Part shown: piece by piece, positions 23,778 through 37,116 of the stretch
Layout of the letters: the number at the start of each line of letters is the position of its first letter
How positions within the stretch are numbered: position 1 is the first letter of the stretch
NCBI GenBank assembly: GCA_001643675.2
Contig: LSRY02000010.1
Span: forward strand, 1,302,001 to 1,366,000
Source: Monocercomonoides exilis PA203
Taxonomy: Eukaryota > Protista > Preaxostyla
Direction of reading: 5' to 3'
Length of the DNA stretch: 64,000 nucleotides
Translations under genes and position numbers: made by a program
Notes under the pieces: generated by a model
Database searches by the model: none
Told to the model about the DNA's origin: nothing
What the model saw: the letters and a program-made list of their open reading frames with translations, nothing else

Positions 23778-26700
23778 TTAGCTTGCCATCTTTTTCCCAA
23801 TAAAGTCCAATATGATTCCAAACCTCCCTTCCTTCACGCCCATCCTCTCCAAACACCACTTCGCCTCTTCAGCAGCAGACTTCTTTGAGTTAAACAGCGA
23901 AGTTCTTGCACACACACCCTTCAACAGAGGCACCATCTCCATCTCATGTGCCCCATCCACTGCATCCTTCAGAAGCAGCAAGTCATACAGCGCCAAGCAG
24001 CATCTGCCAGTTGCCTCACTGGACCCAGCAAAGAACAGAGGGGAGATCTTGTCAAACCCAGACGACGGGAACAAAGAAGACGCAGCAGACGGACAGCTGA
24101 CAACAATAGCTCCCTGAAGCGTCTGAAGAGCACCCAGTGAAAGCATCCGGGTCAAAAGTGAAAGAGAACGAGGAGAAGGCGAGCGGTCAGCGTCCACTGC
24201 CATCGGAGGCGCAGAGGGCGGGTGAGAGATCATAGCAATGGCACACATACGCTGCATCACTTTGATTGCACCGATGAAAATGTCGCAAGTCTGCTGAATC
24301 ACCTGAGGAGAAGGCGGGGGCTGTGTTGCTTGTGGCAATGCTGTTAATTGTCCGTCCTTGAACTGCTGAAGCACATTAGCAAAAGGCAGAAGATGAGGTG
24401 GAACAGGGATCTTTAGCAGGCACACGTGTTTTGGAGAGACAAGAATGGAGATGCATCTGTTGATGAGGAAGAGAATGAACTGCGCTCCTCCTTTTGAGAT
24501 GAAGTCGGAAACTGGCTGGCGAAGCGGAGAAGACGATGTCTTTTGTGGTTTGGAGTCTTCTTTTGGTTTGTCTTCTGTTTTTGATTCTTTCTCTTTCTCT
24601 TTCTCTTTCTCTTTCTCTTCTTTCTTTTTTCCTTCTTCTTTCCCTTCTTCCTTCTTTTCCTCTTCCTTCTCCTTCTCCTTCTCTTCCTCCTCCTCTTCTT
24701 CCTCTTCCACAGTCAAAATCGCCTCTGTCAGATTCAAAGCAGGCACCAATACAAACGGGTCTAAATCACACAGCCTGATGATGTTGAAGCAGATCACTTG
24801 AGCATTCAGCGAAGGAGAGAGGAGTATCAACAGAGTAGAAGCGGCTGTCTCAGAAGAATTAGCAGCATTCACCAGACACACAAGCAGGCGCTGCAGCAAG
24901 TCACGATCGAGAACAACATTCGGAGGAAGCACAGGAAGCGGAGTGGTTGATTTCTTGGGCACTTCCTCAGATGAATCTGCTAAAGTTGCTGGCTTTTCAT
25001 CTGTTTTCTCTTCTTTCTCTTCTTTTCCTTCTTCCTTTTCTCCTTTCTCCTCTGTCTCCTTTTCCTTCTTCTTCATCTCCTCCTCTCCCTTCGCCTTCGC
25101 CTCCTCCATCGCTCTCTTCCTCTGTGCCAGCATCAGCGTCAGGAGGGGCTGCACCGAAGAGGCGTGGATGAATGAGAGGAGAGAAAGAAGTGAAGGCAAA
25201 ATTCGCTCTGCAAACATCGCATCCGCACAGTCAAAGGCGAAAAGCGAAGATGCAATGGAGATGGCAGAGCGCAGCTGTGACATGATGACTGGGTGGCAGA
25301 AAGGAGAAGAAGGGGAAGTGAAGGCAGAGACGAAGAAAGGAGGAGGAAGAGAAGAAGAAGAAGAGGAAATTGAAGAAGAAGAAGAAGAAGAAGAAGCAAG
25401 AGAAGCTCTTTCTTTCTCGAACAAGTTCATCTGGTGTGTGTACAAGTCGAATACATACAGCAAAGAAGCATACACACCCAACTGAGCTATTTGATTGGCG
25501 TTTGCACTGGATGTGGCGATGAAGGAGAGGATGGACAAGGAAGAGGAGAGAAGCTGGTTGGAAGTTTGAAGAGAAGGCAATGGAGGGATGGTGGGGAGAG
25601 AGAGAGAGGTGGAATTATCAGAAGAAACAGAAGAAGAAGAAGAAGAAGAATGTTCTTCTTTGTTTTCTGCTTCAGTTGTTGTTTTGTTGGCTGCGTTTGT
25701 TCTGTTGATGATGTTGTGGATGTGGAAAGTGCACAACGAGACAAGTGCCTCAGGAATCAAATGAAGATTTACTTTTTGACGCCAACTTTCTGAAAAATAA
25801 AATAAAATAAAATAAAATAAAATAAAATAAAATAAAATAAAATAAAATAAAATAAAATAAAATAAAATAAATAAATAAATAAATTTGAAGAAATTCAAAG
25901 AAAATATAAATAGTTACATAGAAAATGAAGTTATGAATGAAAAAATAATGTTATTGAATAAAATGATTATCAAAAATTCAAAAAAACACCAATAAAGAAA
26001 AGAAAAAGAAAAGAATAACAATAAAAATAAATTCAAATCCCCCTTACCCACAAACCGATTCTGCTGCAGATGTCAATCAGAGCCACCGCCTTCTTCACAA
26101 TATGCCTTGACACATACAGCGTCTCTTCTTCGTCTTCTGCAGATGCCATCAGCTCTTTCATCTGCTCATCTTCTGCTTTTCTGATATGTTCATGAAGCAG
26201 TTCTCTATCTGAATCACCTGATGACGAGGCTTTGGAACTACGTCGTGATGTTGCATCTTCTTTCTCTTTCTCTTTCTCTTTTTCTCCTTCTCCTTCTTCT
26301 TTTTGTTCTTCTTCATTCTTCTCCTCTTTCCTTTTCTCCTTCTCTCCTTCCTCCTCATTCTCCCCCTTCTCCTCCATCTTCTGCTTCACCACATTCGCCC
26401 TCACTTTCTCCCTCTCTGCATCTCTCAATATCTTCTCCCTCAACAGCATTCTTTCTTTCCTGATCCCTTCTTCCCTCCTCAACGACTCCAGGATCAGATA
26501 CCCCAGCGCATACTCGCAATTCAGTGCTGAAAACATCGGCTGAAGAGAAGGAAGCATTCCGGGTGTGATTGGCTGTGAAGGTGTGACCATTCTTGTGGGT
26601 GTTGATGAAACAGAAGGTCTTCTTTGTGAAGAAATTGATGAGCTTCTTTGAATTTCTTCCTTTGGTTTGGAATTAGTTTCGGCTTCTTCTTTGTTTTCAG

Positions 26701-29700
26701 TGTTATTCTGTTGTGATGAAGACTGATTGTCTGATGAAGTCGAAGAAGAAGCAGAAGAAGAAGCAGCATCTGAACTTGCCTGCATTAGAGATGAAGATCC
26801 ATTTGATGATGATGAAGCTGATGTTGAAGCAACTGAAGAAGCATCAGGAGCCGACGAAACAGGAGAAAGAGATGGCTTAGCTGCTTCGGGGATAACCAGC
26901 CGTGTGATAACAGTGAGGGTCTTGTTGATCTGATTGAACAAGGACAATATCTGTGCAGATGGAGTCAGCTCAGCCAGCTGCTCTGAAAGAGAAGAAGAAG
27001 AAGAAGAAGTTCGTTTATTTGTTGAGGGAGTGATAATGCTGTTTAATTGTGTCAGAAGCAGACGCAGCTGAGAGGCAGAATCACGTAGCTCTCTTTCTCG
27101 CTGCCTCTGGATCTCTTCAAGTGTTGGGCCTGTTTGCTCTTCTTCCTCTTCCTCTTCTTCCTCTTCTTCCTCTTCCTCTTCCTCTTCCTCTTCTTCCTCT
27201 TCACCTTCTTCATATTCGGATTCTGCTTCACCCTCTTCTTTCTCTTCTTCAATCTTCTTCTTCTTTTCAGTTTTTTCCTTCTCTTTAGCTTTCTCTTTCT
27301 CTTTCTCTTTCTCCTCCTCTCCCTCTGGTGCCGTATACAAATCTTCACCCATCGACTCCAGCGATGCCTTTGCACTCAGCAAAGTCCTCTTCAGCCTCTC
27401 CTTCAGCGTCATCTTGCGTGTCCTGCTGCTCTTTGGTGGCTCTTCTCCTTTCTCTCCTTTTTCTCCTTTTGCTCCTTCAGATGAAGCAGATGTGGCTGAT
27501 GCTTCTCCTTGTGATGAGTCTGAGCCTGTTTGTGATGCTGCTTTTGATGAGGTTTCTTCAGTTTTGCTGCTTCCACTGCTTTCTTTGCCTTCTTCTCCAT
27601 TTGATGATGTTGATGATGATGTTGTTGTTGTTGATGTCGATCCTTCTTCTTTTGCATCTTTCTCTTCTTTCTCCTGTTCTTCTCTTTCTCTTCTTTCTCT
27701 TTCTTCTCTTTCTCTCTTTTCTCTCTCCTTCTCCATTCTTTGTCTCTCCTTCTCCTTCTCCATTCTTTGTCTCTCCTTCTCCTTCTCTTTCTCTTGCCTT
27801 ATTCTTTCCTTCTCTTCTTCTTTTCTCTTCTTCTCTTCTTCCTTTCTTCTCTCCTCTTCTTTCCTCTTCTCTTCCTCCTTCTTCCTCTCTTCCTCTCTCT
27901 TCTTCTCAATCTCTGCTCTTGCTCTTGCCCTGGCTTCTTGTTCTTCCTTGATTCTCTGTTCTCTTTCTTTTCTCTTCCTCTCTTTCTCTTCTTCCTCTGC
28001 TTTCTTCTTCTCTTCCTCCCTCTTTCTTCTCTCTTCTCTTTCTCGCTCTTCTTGTTCTCTTTTTTCTTTCTCTCTCTGCTTCCTCTCTTCTTCTCTCTTC
28101 CTCTCTTCCTCCTTCCTCCTTTCTCTCTCTTTCTCTTCTGCTTCTCTCCTCTCTTTCTCCTTCTTCTCTTCCATTTCTCTTCTCAACTCTCTTTCCTTCT
28201 CTTCTTTCTCTCTTTTTTCTCTTTCCTCTTTTTCTCTCTTCTCCTTCTCTTCCTTCTCCTTCCTCTCCCTCTCCCTCTTCTCCCTCTTCTCCTTCGCCTC
28301 CTTCGCCACAATCTCCACAACACTCGCCAGATTTGCCTGGATCGACGAACAAGACTGCAGAATCTGCACAAGCTCTGATTTCTCCTCCTCATCATACGCA
28401 ACCTCCTCCTCCTTCACAGCCTCCAGCTCAGCCATCTTCTCCTCCACAATCGCCTTCACGTCATTCAGCAACTTCACTCCTCCGCCTTCCACCAGACTCT
28501 TCTGTGCCTCGGGTGACACAGACAATGCTTGAATGCACAAACAATGTGCTCGAAGAAGCGTGGCTGAAACATTCGCACATTTTGTCTTCTTCTCTATGTT
28601 TTCTCTTTCATTCACTCCTTCTGCTCCTTCTCCATTCATTCCTTCCCCTTTTTCTCCTCCCTTTTCCCCATTGTCACTTCCTGATTCTTCACTCACATTC
28701 AACAGATCTGCACCTGATGATAGAGTCATCCCACCAAACACAGCAAGTGACTCTAACAAGCAGAATGCTCCACCAGCAGCCACAATGTCCTTTCTGTTTG
28801 AAGAGAGCAGACTCAGCTTCTGAACACACACACACACCTCAATCATCACAAGAGAGGCATCTGAACAAGTTTGTGACTGTTTTTCATCTTTATCATTGCC
28901 TTCTTTCGTTTCTATTTGTTTGACTTTAGTTGACTCTTCCTTTCCTTTTCCATCCTCTTCTTCTTCATCAGCTTCTCCTCTTCTGCTCTTCCTGTACTCC
29001 ACAATCCTCCGCATCACTTCCACCAGCAGTGGCACAATCCCTGTTGATGACAGCTGTTTCCTTCCATCTGAATCAGAAGCTAAGCGATGGATGATAAACA
29101 TGGTGCATTGGAGAACAGAGAGGGGGAGGGCTGTGAAACAAGAGAGAGGAGGCAACGGATTCAGCTCAGAATACGACAGAACTGCAGTGAAGGGAGAGTT
29201 TGGTGAGGTTGAAGAGGAAGAAGAAAGAGAAGAAGAAGACGATTCTGTTGTGTAGAAAGGAGCAAAAGGCGAGAATATCATTGGGGGTGGGGCGTGCTGC
29301 GTCAAAGAGAACGAAAGAGAAGTGGATGTGCTGAAGGAACCTGACTGCGGGCGAGTAAACGAGTGCAAAGGAGAGAAAGGAGGTGGAGACAAAGAGGAGG
29401 TAGAGGAAAGAGAGACTTTTCTCTGCAAAGAAGAGGAGAAAGAGAAAGAAGGGGAAGAAGAAGGCGAAGGGACAGGTCCGACAGAAGGGGAAGCAGCAGG
29501 AGACAATGGAGCGAATGAAGCTCCTGTCACTTTCTCTCCAAGGGCAATGCGAAGAATAGAAGAGAGAAGCACATCGAAGCCGGTTGCCTGTTGAATAGCA
29601 GCAGAGGACGAGGAAGAGGAAGAAGAAGGAGAACTAAGCAGGAGAGAAAGGGTATCGTGTGCATCTGCAAGGACAGCCACACACATCAAAGCAGAGTGGA

Positions 29701-32700
29701 CGATGAAAGGAAGAAGAGGAGAGGAGAAGAAGGCAGATATTCCCACAGAGGATGTGATTGTACTGATTGAAGAAGTAGAAGAAGATGGTGAAGAAGGAGA
29801 GCCAGCTTGTGTCTGCTCTGCTTCTTGGCTAGCCAACGAAGATGGAAGCGCCGAGAATGAGGCAGAAGAGGCAGAAGACGTTCTTCTTCTGCTTCTTCTG
29901 TTGTGTGCTGCTGACTGCTGAGACCAAACAGGCAGAATGGAGCGGAAGAAAGAGGAAAGAGTGGACAGAATGGAAGGCGTGGCAGCGGTGAGGGCGTCGC
30001 GGCAGGGCTTCAGAGTGATCAGATGGGAGAGGAGAGAGAGAGAAGAGTACAATGAGTAGAAGACAGAGGCAGCATATGTTGCATCGTCTTCTTCTGCTTC
30101 TGCATCTTCTTCTCCTTCTCCTTCTCCTTTTGCACTTTCTCCAATTTCTCCTCCTCCTCCTTCTTCTTTTGCTTCTGCAGTTGCCTTCTTTCTATCCAGT
30201 TCTCCTTTCATCATCTTCTCAATAGTTGCTGTCTCTCTCTCAATCACAGACAGAAGCTGGGTGAAGATCGAAGGAAGCTCCAAAATGGCTGAGAGGGCGG
30301 CTGTTGGAGCAGAAGAAGCAGACGGAGAAGGAGAAAGAGGAGAAAGAGAAGAAGAAGAAGAGAATGAACTAGCTCCATTGGATGTGGAAGAAGCTGTTGA
30401 AGGGGTGGTGGCAGAGCAGAGGGACGAGAAGAGGAGGAAGATGGAGGCGACGGGGGAGCGTGTGGCTGATGCTGCATCTTCAATTTGACTCTCAAGAGAA
30501 GGATCAGAAACATCTGAAGAAGATGAAGAGGAAAAGGAAGAAGAAGAAGAAGGAATGGAAGATAAAGCAGCAGCAACGAATGAATGGAGCACAGAAATAA
30601 CATCGGCAGAAGAGAAGAGCTCGATGAATGTGCTGCATTCTTGATCAGCATACAGAAGCTGGGGAGAGGAGGAAGAAGAAGAAGAAGAGGAAGAAGAAGA
30701 CAGGGCAGAAAGGAAGAGTTTGGGGTTGGTGCGTGTCAGTTGCATGAAGGATGAGGAAGCAGATGCTAATGATGCTGATGATGAACCAGAAGAAGGAGAA
30801 GAAGAAGGAGAAGAAGATGTTGGATCAGTAGAAGCAGCAGCAGCAGTAGCATCAGAAGAAGAAGAAGCAGAAGCGTTCATCTTCATCTGAGCAGCCTCGT
30901 CGAGGTGTCTGAGGCAATTCACGATGAATGCGAGGACGACAGAGAGGGGCTCAACAGCTGTCACATCCACAGACATCAGATGAGTCAGAAGAGAAGAGAA
31001 TGTTTCAGTGACTGAAGAGTATTGAATGCTTGATGATGTTGCTGATGTTGCATCGTTTGGATGGAAAGAAGAGTAAAGTGTGCTTTGGATGACGCTGATG
31101 GGCACGGGAACAAGACTCTGGTGAAGACGGGAGTGGCAGAAGTCAGCAACTGGGAGAAGAAGAAGATTGAATATATTTTTAATATTAGAGAGAGAAAGAG
31201 AAAGTTAGTTTATAAGGAAAGAAATATAAGGAATATCAAATGAAGATAAAAAGTATCAGATATATTAATCCAAATAGATCAAGTTAATTTTAAAATATAC
31301 AATGAAATAAATAAATATTATCAATAATAATAATAGCAATTAAAATTTCTCATTCAAACCATCATCCACCGTCTTTGGCTGCATTGCTGAGAGGGGAACA
31401 GAGCGAGCGCAGTTGGAGAGAGGGTGGACTCTGCTGACGACTGTGCTGAGCGACTGGATGATGGCTGTCATTTCAGTGCTCTTCTCTTCGATTGACGCGC
31501 CATTGGCGCACAGAGCTTGAAGAAGAGCGCTGATCACACCGCTGCTGAAGAGGGGGACGATGAGTTGGTCTGAAAAAAGGAATGAAACAAATGAATGAAA
31601 TAAATGAAATAAATGAAATAAATAATAATAAATAAAATAAGATAAGATAAATAAAATAAGCACAGAGGATGTATTTGCAAGGTTTTGTTGGGAATTTGTT
31701 GAAAGAGTTAACGACATTCAAAAAATATTTATTTTTGAAAATTTAGTAAAATAAAATTCATTTAAAAAAAAAAAGAAAAAGAAATAAATTGTTCAATTTT
31801 TTATAAAATAAAATATATTATAAATTAAATAGATTGCACACCTTCATTCGCCAAGTTTGATATGGCCAGCGGAATCGATCGAAGCAGCGACACTTCAGTT
31901 GGACCAAACGTTCTCAAAGCCAACGCAATTCCTTCAAGAAGCCCCTTTTGATGGTGGAAAGTTGCCCCTGCGTAATCGGCTGAGTTGGAGTCGCTTTCTT
32001 CTTTCTTTTCTTCTTTCTTGCTTTCTCCATCGCTTTCTATTTTTGCCTTTTCTTTTTCGTTTGCTTCTTTCTCCCCCAACTTGTCCAGCCATCTCCGCAC
32101 AACAAGAACGCCTCCGTCTTTTCCCATCTCCTCCACCGCAAAGCATCCTTCTGTTTGTGCCACTTTCTCTCTAACCAGCGCCGCACTCGACGCAAACCAG
32201 ATGCATCCTGCTCCGTTTTTCGCCACAGTCAAATCTTTCTCTCCCCAGACATTCAACGCCTCGCCAGCACACTCCATCACGCGGCCTGACACAATTTCTT
32301 CTGCAACAAGTCCGCTGCACTCAGCATCCATCAGATTCCACAGCGCTCCAAGGGCTGACTGCACGACAGAAACATCGCTCAGAATAAAAGCTCGGCAGGC
32401 ATCAGAAACAAGCGGCAAAAAATGTTGCGCAACAAATTGTTGCTTTGCCACCGGATCACGCGCAAGTCTCTGAATTGTTGCACATGTTATTTGAACAACA
32501 TTTGCATGCTCTTTCATCGTCTCTAGCGAAGAACGTAAGCAACCATAAATCTCTGATTTTCCGATTGTCTTTTTATGGTCCTCTGATGAGCTCAATGACC
32601 AGTAAAGTGAAGTTAGCTTGTGTACGATAACAGGATTTGCTGACCATTTTTTAAGTGTGTTTATAAACACAGGAAATCCGACAGTTTCAGAAAAACGCTT

Positions 32701-33137
32701 CGAATTAATTTCTTTGTGAAGAAATGACTTCATAGAATCGCAGCCAAGTTCAACAATGTCTGGTCTTTCGTGTCTACAAAAAATTAAATTTCATCACAAT
32801 TGTCAACGAATTATTGATTTTTTTTCATTTTTTAAAATGTTATTTTGATATTAAATATAATGTTAAAAATGCAAACTCGTAAAGCGAAAGAACGCTAAAA
32901 AAAAATTCCTCTGATTCCAGATCTTTGTTTTGCACACAAGTTATTTTTTTGGAAAACGCTTTTGTAAACTCTGCACCTGTCGCAAGTATCTGATCCGCAT
33001 CTTTCGATGCCAATGCAGCCTTAAATGCATTCAGTTTTTCTACTCAATCATTTTCATCATTATTCATAATTTTATATTTAATCGTTCGAATTAACAAGTA
33101 TTTATCTCGTCAAACCTTGACTTGCCTTTGATGACAT
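23778..33137 (-). CDS. Very large ARM/HEAT-repeat protein with central E/R/K charged helix; at least 6 exons; 3' end uncertain
   Basis: Micro-exon 33137-33116 (MSSKASQ) splices to 33039-32877, then 32773-~31841, ~31570-31359, ~31150-26049 and ~25790-23778. ARM motifs VVQSALGALWNL, PLAISNLANEG, GIVPLLVEVM, GGAFCLLESL. A GT at ~23823 may lead to a further terminal exon. Confidence 0.75.
25795..25880. repeat. (TAAAA)n pentanucleotide repeat forming the polypyrimidine tract of a minus-strand intron
   Basis: Direct reading; lies immediately upstream of the acceptor at ~25791 on the minus strand. Confidence 0.85.
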
Positions 33138-33339
33138 TTTATAAATGATAATTAATGGTTTACAATTTTAATTGAGAAATATTTTGAAAATATATTTGAA
33201 CGTTAATAATATAAACTTATTTTCTCTCACTTATTTTTCATATGACTTTGAATAAAAATAAATGCAAAATCGAAAAAATATTTATCATTTGTTTTTGCCG
33301 TTGGTTTTAATGCTTCATTTTACAAAATCGTCTTCATAT

Positions 33340-34640
33340 CAACATGGTGAAATCATAGAGATATGGTATATCAGCTATAGATACATATCGATTACGCCAA
33401 TCAATTACTCCTTCTTAATAGAACATCACTGAATAGGGTGCATATTTTATCTTGACCTAAAAATTTTATCTCAACCCTGTTTTTTTTGGAACTTATTTTT
33501 GCTTTTTTGATTTGTGTAAAGGCTAAAAACAAAAACAAAATAAATAGACTTTCTGAAACTTTAGTTTTTCAGAATTCTGTTAAAAAATTTTTTGTAATTT
33601 TTATGTTCAAAAAAATATTCAAAATTTTTATTATTTTTGGACCCAGATCAAAGACTTGCTGGCTGTGAAACGAATATTTCATACTGAACGTTTTAAGCCA
33701 TAGCATCACAATTCTTCATTCCTATATTATTATTTTAACTTGTTTTTTCCTTTTTCAATTTTATTTTTAACCTTTTTTTCTCATTTTACTGTTTTTGCTT
33801 AAAACACGATTTTCGGAACATATATGAATTTGTGTAAATTTTAGGCACATAAAAAATAAAAACAAGGTGTTATTTATTGTATATTATTATTTAATTCTGA
33901 AAAGAAAAAGAATTGAACAAGAATTTGAAGCGAAATGGTAGAACATATGAAAATTTTGATCTGAAAATTGTTCGTCATATACAAATATTTTGTTGTTTTT
34001 TCTTTGAGATATCATTTCATTTCATATTTGTTTTTATTTCATTTCATTAAATTTTAAAACAAATGGATGCATGTCTCTGAAATCGTGTTTTTCAAAAAAA
34101 AATGTATGAAATGAGAAAAAGTGCTAAAAAAACAAGTTGAGAAAGTTTTAAACAAGTTTTACTTATAAAAAAGAAACGATGTATTATGATATGATAGCTT
34201 TAAACTTTTAATAAAAAATATTCACTGGAAAAGTAGCAAGTCAATGATCAAAACATAAAATTATTTCAATCCTCGATCTTTTTGAAGAACATGAAATATT
34301 TGATAAAAAATACAAAATAAGGAAATTAAGACATTTCAAACATTTCTGGTCATTTTTTATTTATCACAGGCTTGTGTAAAGCTAAAAGCATGACAAAAAA
34401 GAAAAAGGTCTAGATAAAGAAAAAAGGTCAAGATTAAATCATAGCCCTATCTAATCATGATAAAGCCCTAAGAGTATCAGCAATGACTCTCGATCTCTAT
34501 CATATTATCATTGCTTATTCCAACTTGTTGCACAAGATGATAGCTACCATCAGAAATACATTAATCGATAATATTGGTTGATCTCAATCGAGATGGATCT
34601 ATAGCTGATATATCACATCACTAATCATTTCGATGGATTG
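33340..34640. mobile_element. Degenerate ~1.3-kb foldback/palindromic element
   Basis: Nested inverted matches: TATATCAGCTATAGATACATATCGATT (~33367) vs AATCGAGATGGATCTATAGCTGATATA (~34587); ATCTTGACCT (~33449) vs AGGTCAAGAT (~34425); GATCAAAGACTTGCT (~33646) vs AGCAAGTCAATGATC (~34235); AAAACACGATTT (~33801) vs AAATCGTGTTTT (~34080). Non-coding. Confidence 0.75.
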
Positions 34641-34689
34641 ATAAAACAACTGCATCACCTTGAAAAAGGTGAGCTGAAGTCAGCAAGTG

Positions 34690-36164
34690 CACTTCATTTT
34701 TTTTTTTGAAAAATCCATTGTTTCATCATTTTCTTCATCAGAAATGTTTTCTTTTTCATTTTCCATTTCGCTTTTCTTTTTCAAATAATCATCCCACTCA
34801 TTTAGCACCTTTTCTTCTGTTATTTCTTCTCCGTTGAAGTCAAATCGATTTTTATTAGAATGAAGAGGATTTATCGATTATAGAGGAAGATTTATCAGAT
34901 CTTTCCCAGATGAGTCTTTCAGCACGCTGCTGCATTTCAAAGCTCTTTTTTTGACTGAAGGTGATAACGTCGAATGAATTGATTGTCGGAGAGTTTCTTC
35001 AAGAGCTGTTCTTTTCGCAGATAAAAATGAAGATGAATGTGCTTTGTACCGAGAAGTCAGCTCTGATTTGAGAACGGCAAATACTCCTCGGTCAAGTCGC
35101 TGGCAGATGTGTGTGTTGTGAGGGACGAATGTCACAACATCCACATTTTCTTTTATGAACTCTCTCCAAATTGTTGGGTCTGCACGAGAAACGTGTGAGT
35201 CGATCAAAAGAAATCAGTGTGATATGTCGAGTGACAAGCGTTGTCATCTTTCTTTGATCGAAGGGAGAGAAATTGTTTGTGCATATTTTCTGAACTTCTA
35301 AGATTCCATCCATCCACATTTGTTCAGCCAATTCTCAAGATTTGAAGACTGAAGAGGCTTCAAGTCATCAGGAAGTTTGAGACTTGGCCACAGAATCACT
35401 GAAGGAAGTGATTGTCCATCAGCTGCGACCGCCGCAATCAGTGTGGAATTCGCCATTCGCGCCGCAGATTTGGCGAAACCGGGTTTAGTATTTGCCGGAT
35501 GAACGACATTCCGATTGGAGCTGTAGGGAACCCTGAGTGAAGACTCGTCCACGTTGAAAATCAGTGCGTTGTTGTAACTGTTGTTCTGATGCAATCAGTT
35601 GAGCATATCATACCAGGGCTTTAGAACTTGTTGGCATGATACCGCAAGCCTGTTCGCGTCAACAATTTTCGGCTTTGATGTCTTCAGCTCTGGATGTCGT
35701 TTGATAAAATCGTAGGCAACTGACGAAGAAACTTTAACATCTTGCGCGTTTTCTGGTTTTAAATCATTAACAACATTTTCAATCCAATTAATATTTATTA
35801 ATTCATTTCAAAGGATATTAAAACAAGCCTGTTCACGCATTTTCTTGATGGTTAGGCTGGCTCCAGATAGTTATTCTTTTTTTATTTCATCAAGAACAGT
35901 ATTTTCTTTTTAACCAATGACAACAGCTGGCCTTCCAATTTTGGAAACAAACTTACCTTGCCAAACAGCCTTTACCGAACACTTGATTCGAATTTTGCTG
36001 AATTTTTTGCTGTTGTATTCATCCTCCATACGCACAGCTCCATTATTAACCATTTGCACCATTTGCTCCAGCGGATTCCGAAATTACCTATATTTGAATG
36101 ATAGCATCGCCTCCAGCAGCTTCAGCTGACCCTCAGTTGATTTCCTCGCAATATCCTTTTTCAT
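34690..36164 (-). pseudogene. Inactivated pogo/Tc1-mariner-superfamily (DDE_1) transposase
   Basis: Fragments LIFNVDESSL, TLIAAVAADGQSLPSVILWP, FDSHVSR, FVPHNTHICQRLDRGVFAVLK (QPLD-like) in different frames, with in-frame stops; putative start MKKDIARK at 36164. Confidence 0.85.
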
Positions 36165-36342
36165 TTTCAATTTTTTGGGTCACGGTCATTAAGCCAATTT
36201 ATTTTTTGTTATTATAAATTTCAATTTTCATTGAAATTTAATTTTTTGAACATTTGATGCATGTTTTTTTAGAATTCATTTCTTTTGATTCAACCTGTAA
36301 CCGACAGAATTTCAACGAGAGTTTTTAAACACACTCCACTCT

Positions 36343-36344
<2 letters not shown>

Positions 36345-36385
<41 letters not shown>
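36345..36385. repeat. (CT)n microsatellite
   Basis: Direct reading. Confidence 0.9.
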
Positions 36386-36387
<2 letters not shown>

Positions 36388-36530
36388 TCCCTGCCAACTT
36401 CCATTTAAAACAATCTCCATATTAAAAATATTTTTTCTTGTACAAATAGTCTTTATAACCAAAAAATACTCCTTATTCATTGAAATGCGTGTTTCTGAAT
36501 CATTCATTCATTACAGAAAAAGTTTTATTT

Positions 36531-36566
36531 TAAATAAAAAATAAAAATAAAATAAAATAAAATAAA

Positions 36567-36608
<42 letters not shown>
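36531..36608. repeat. (TAAAA)n followed by a ~40-nt poly(A) run
   Basis: Direct reading. Confidence 0.9.
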
Positions 36609-36610
<2 letters not shown>

Positions 36611-37116
36611 AATTTGACCCTATTCTATTATTCTATGGTAAATCAAAAATTGGAAAATCAAAACTTAAAATATTTCGATTAATAAAAATATAATTATTTA
36701 AAAATTCTCAAAGAAGAAGAGAAAAAAACTCTGTCAAGGAAAGAGAATGAAAAAAACTTATCACAAAAAATTGCCTTCCTTCTTATCTCTCATCATTTGT
36801 TCTCAAACAAGTTGATGATGATTGAAAACAAGCAACAATGAAGCGTTCGTTTTTCGTTCAGAAAAGTTCATTTTGACAAATACCATCAGCCATGTTCAGT
36901 TCTTCAACACTCAGAATATATCACAATTAATAATGCACATTTGCAAACACAATAAATTTCTTGCCCATATTTCTTCTTTCGAAACATATGCACGATACAG
37001 GATGGCTGTTCAAAGTTATTGAGCAAATCTCTTTTCTCCAATTTTCCCCAAATAACCCGTTATAATCTGGCAACAATTTATCTTTGGGCTCCAGCCGTTT
37101 TTTAATAAAACAATCT

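Noticed and set aside
26158-30651. Numerous antisense or alternate-frame ORFs (poly-L, poly-F/S, poly-E), also at 4327-6387 and 55060-63644
   Set aside because: Shadow ORFs caused by stop-free purine/pyrimidine repeats within real genes.
33044-33067. Apparent in-frame TGA (MNNDEND*VEKL) at the start of the ARM gene, suggesting TGA recoding
   Set aside because: An upstream micro-exon (ATG 33137, ...CAA G|GTTTGA) splices in frame to TAG|AA AAA CTG at ~33039, so the TGA is intronic.
36531-36608. Poly(A) tract as a retroposon tail
   Set aside because: It grades out of a (TAAAA)n microsatellite; no target-site duplication or RT remnant seen, and the adjacent transposase is on the opposite strand.
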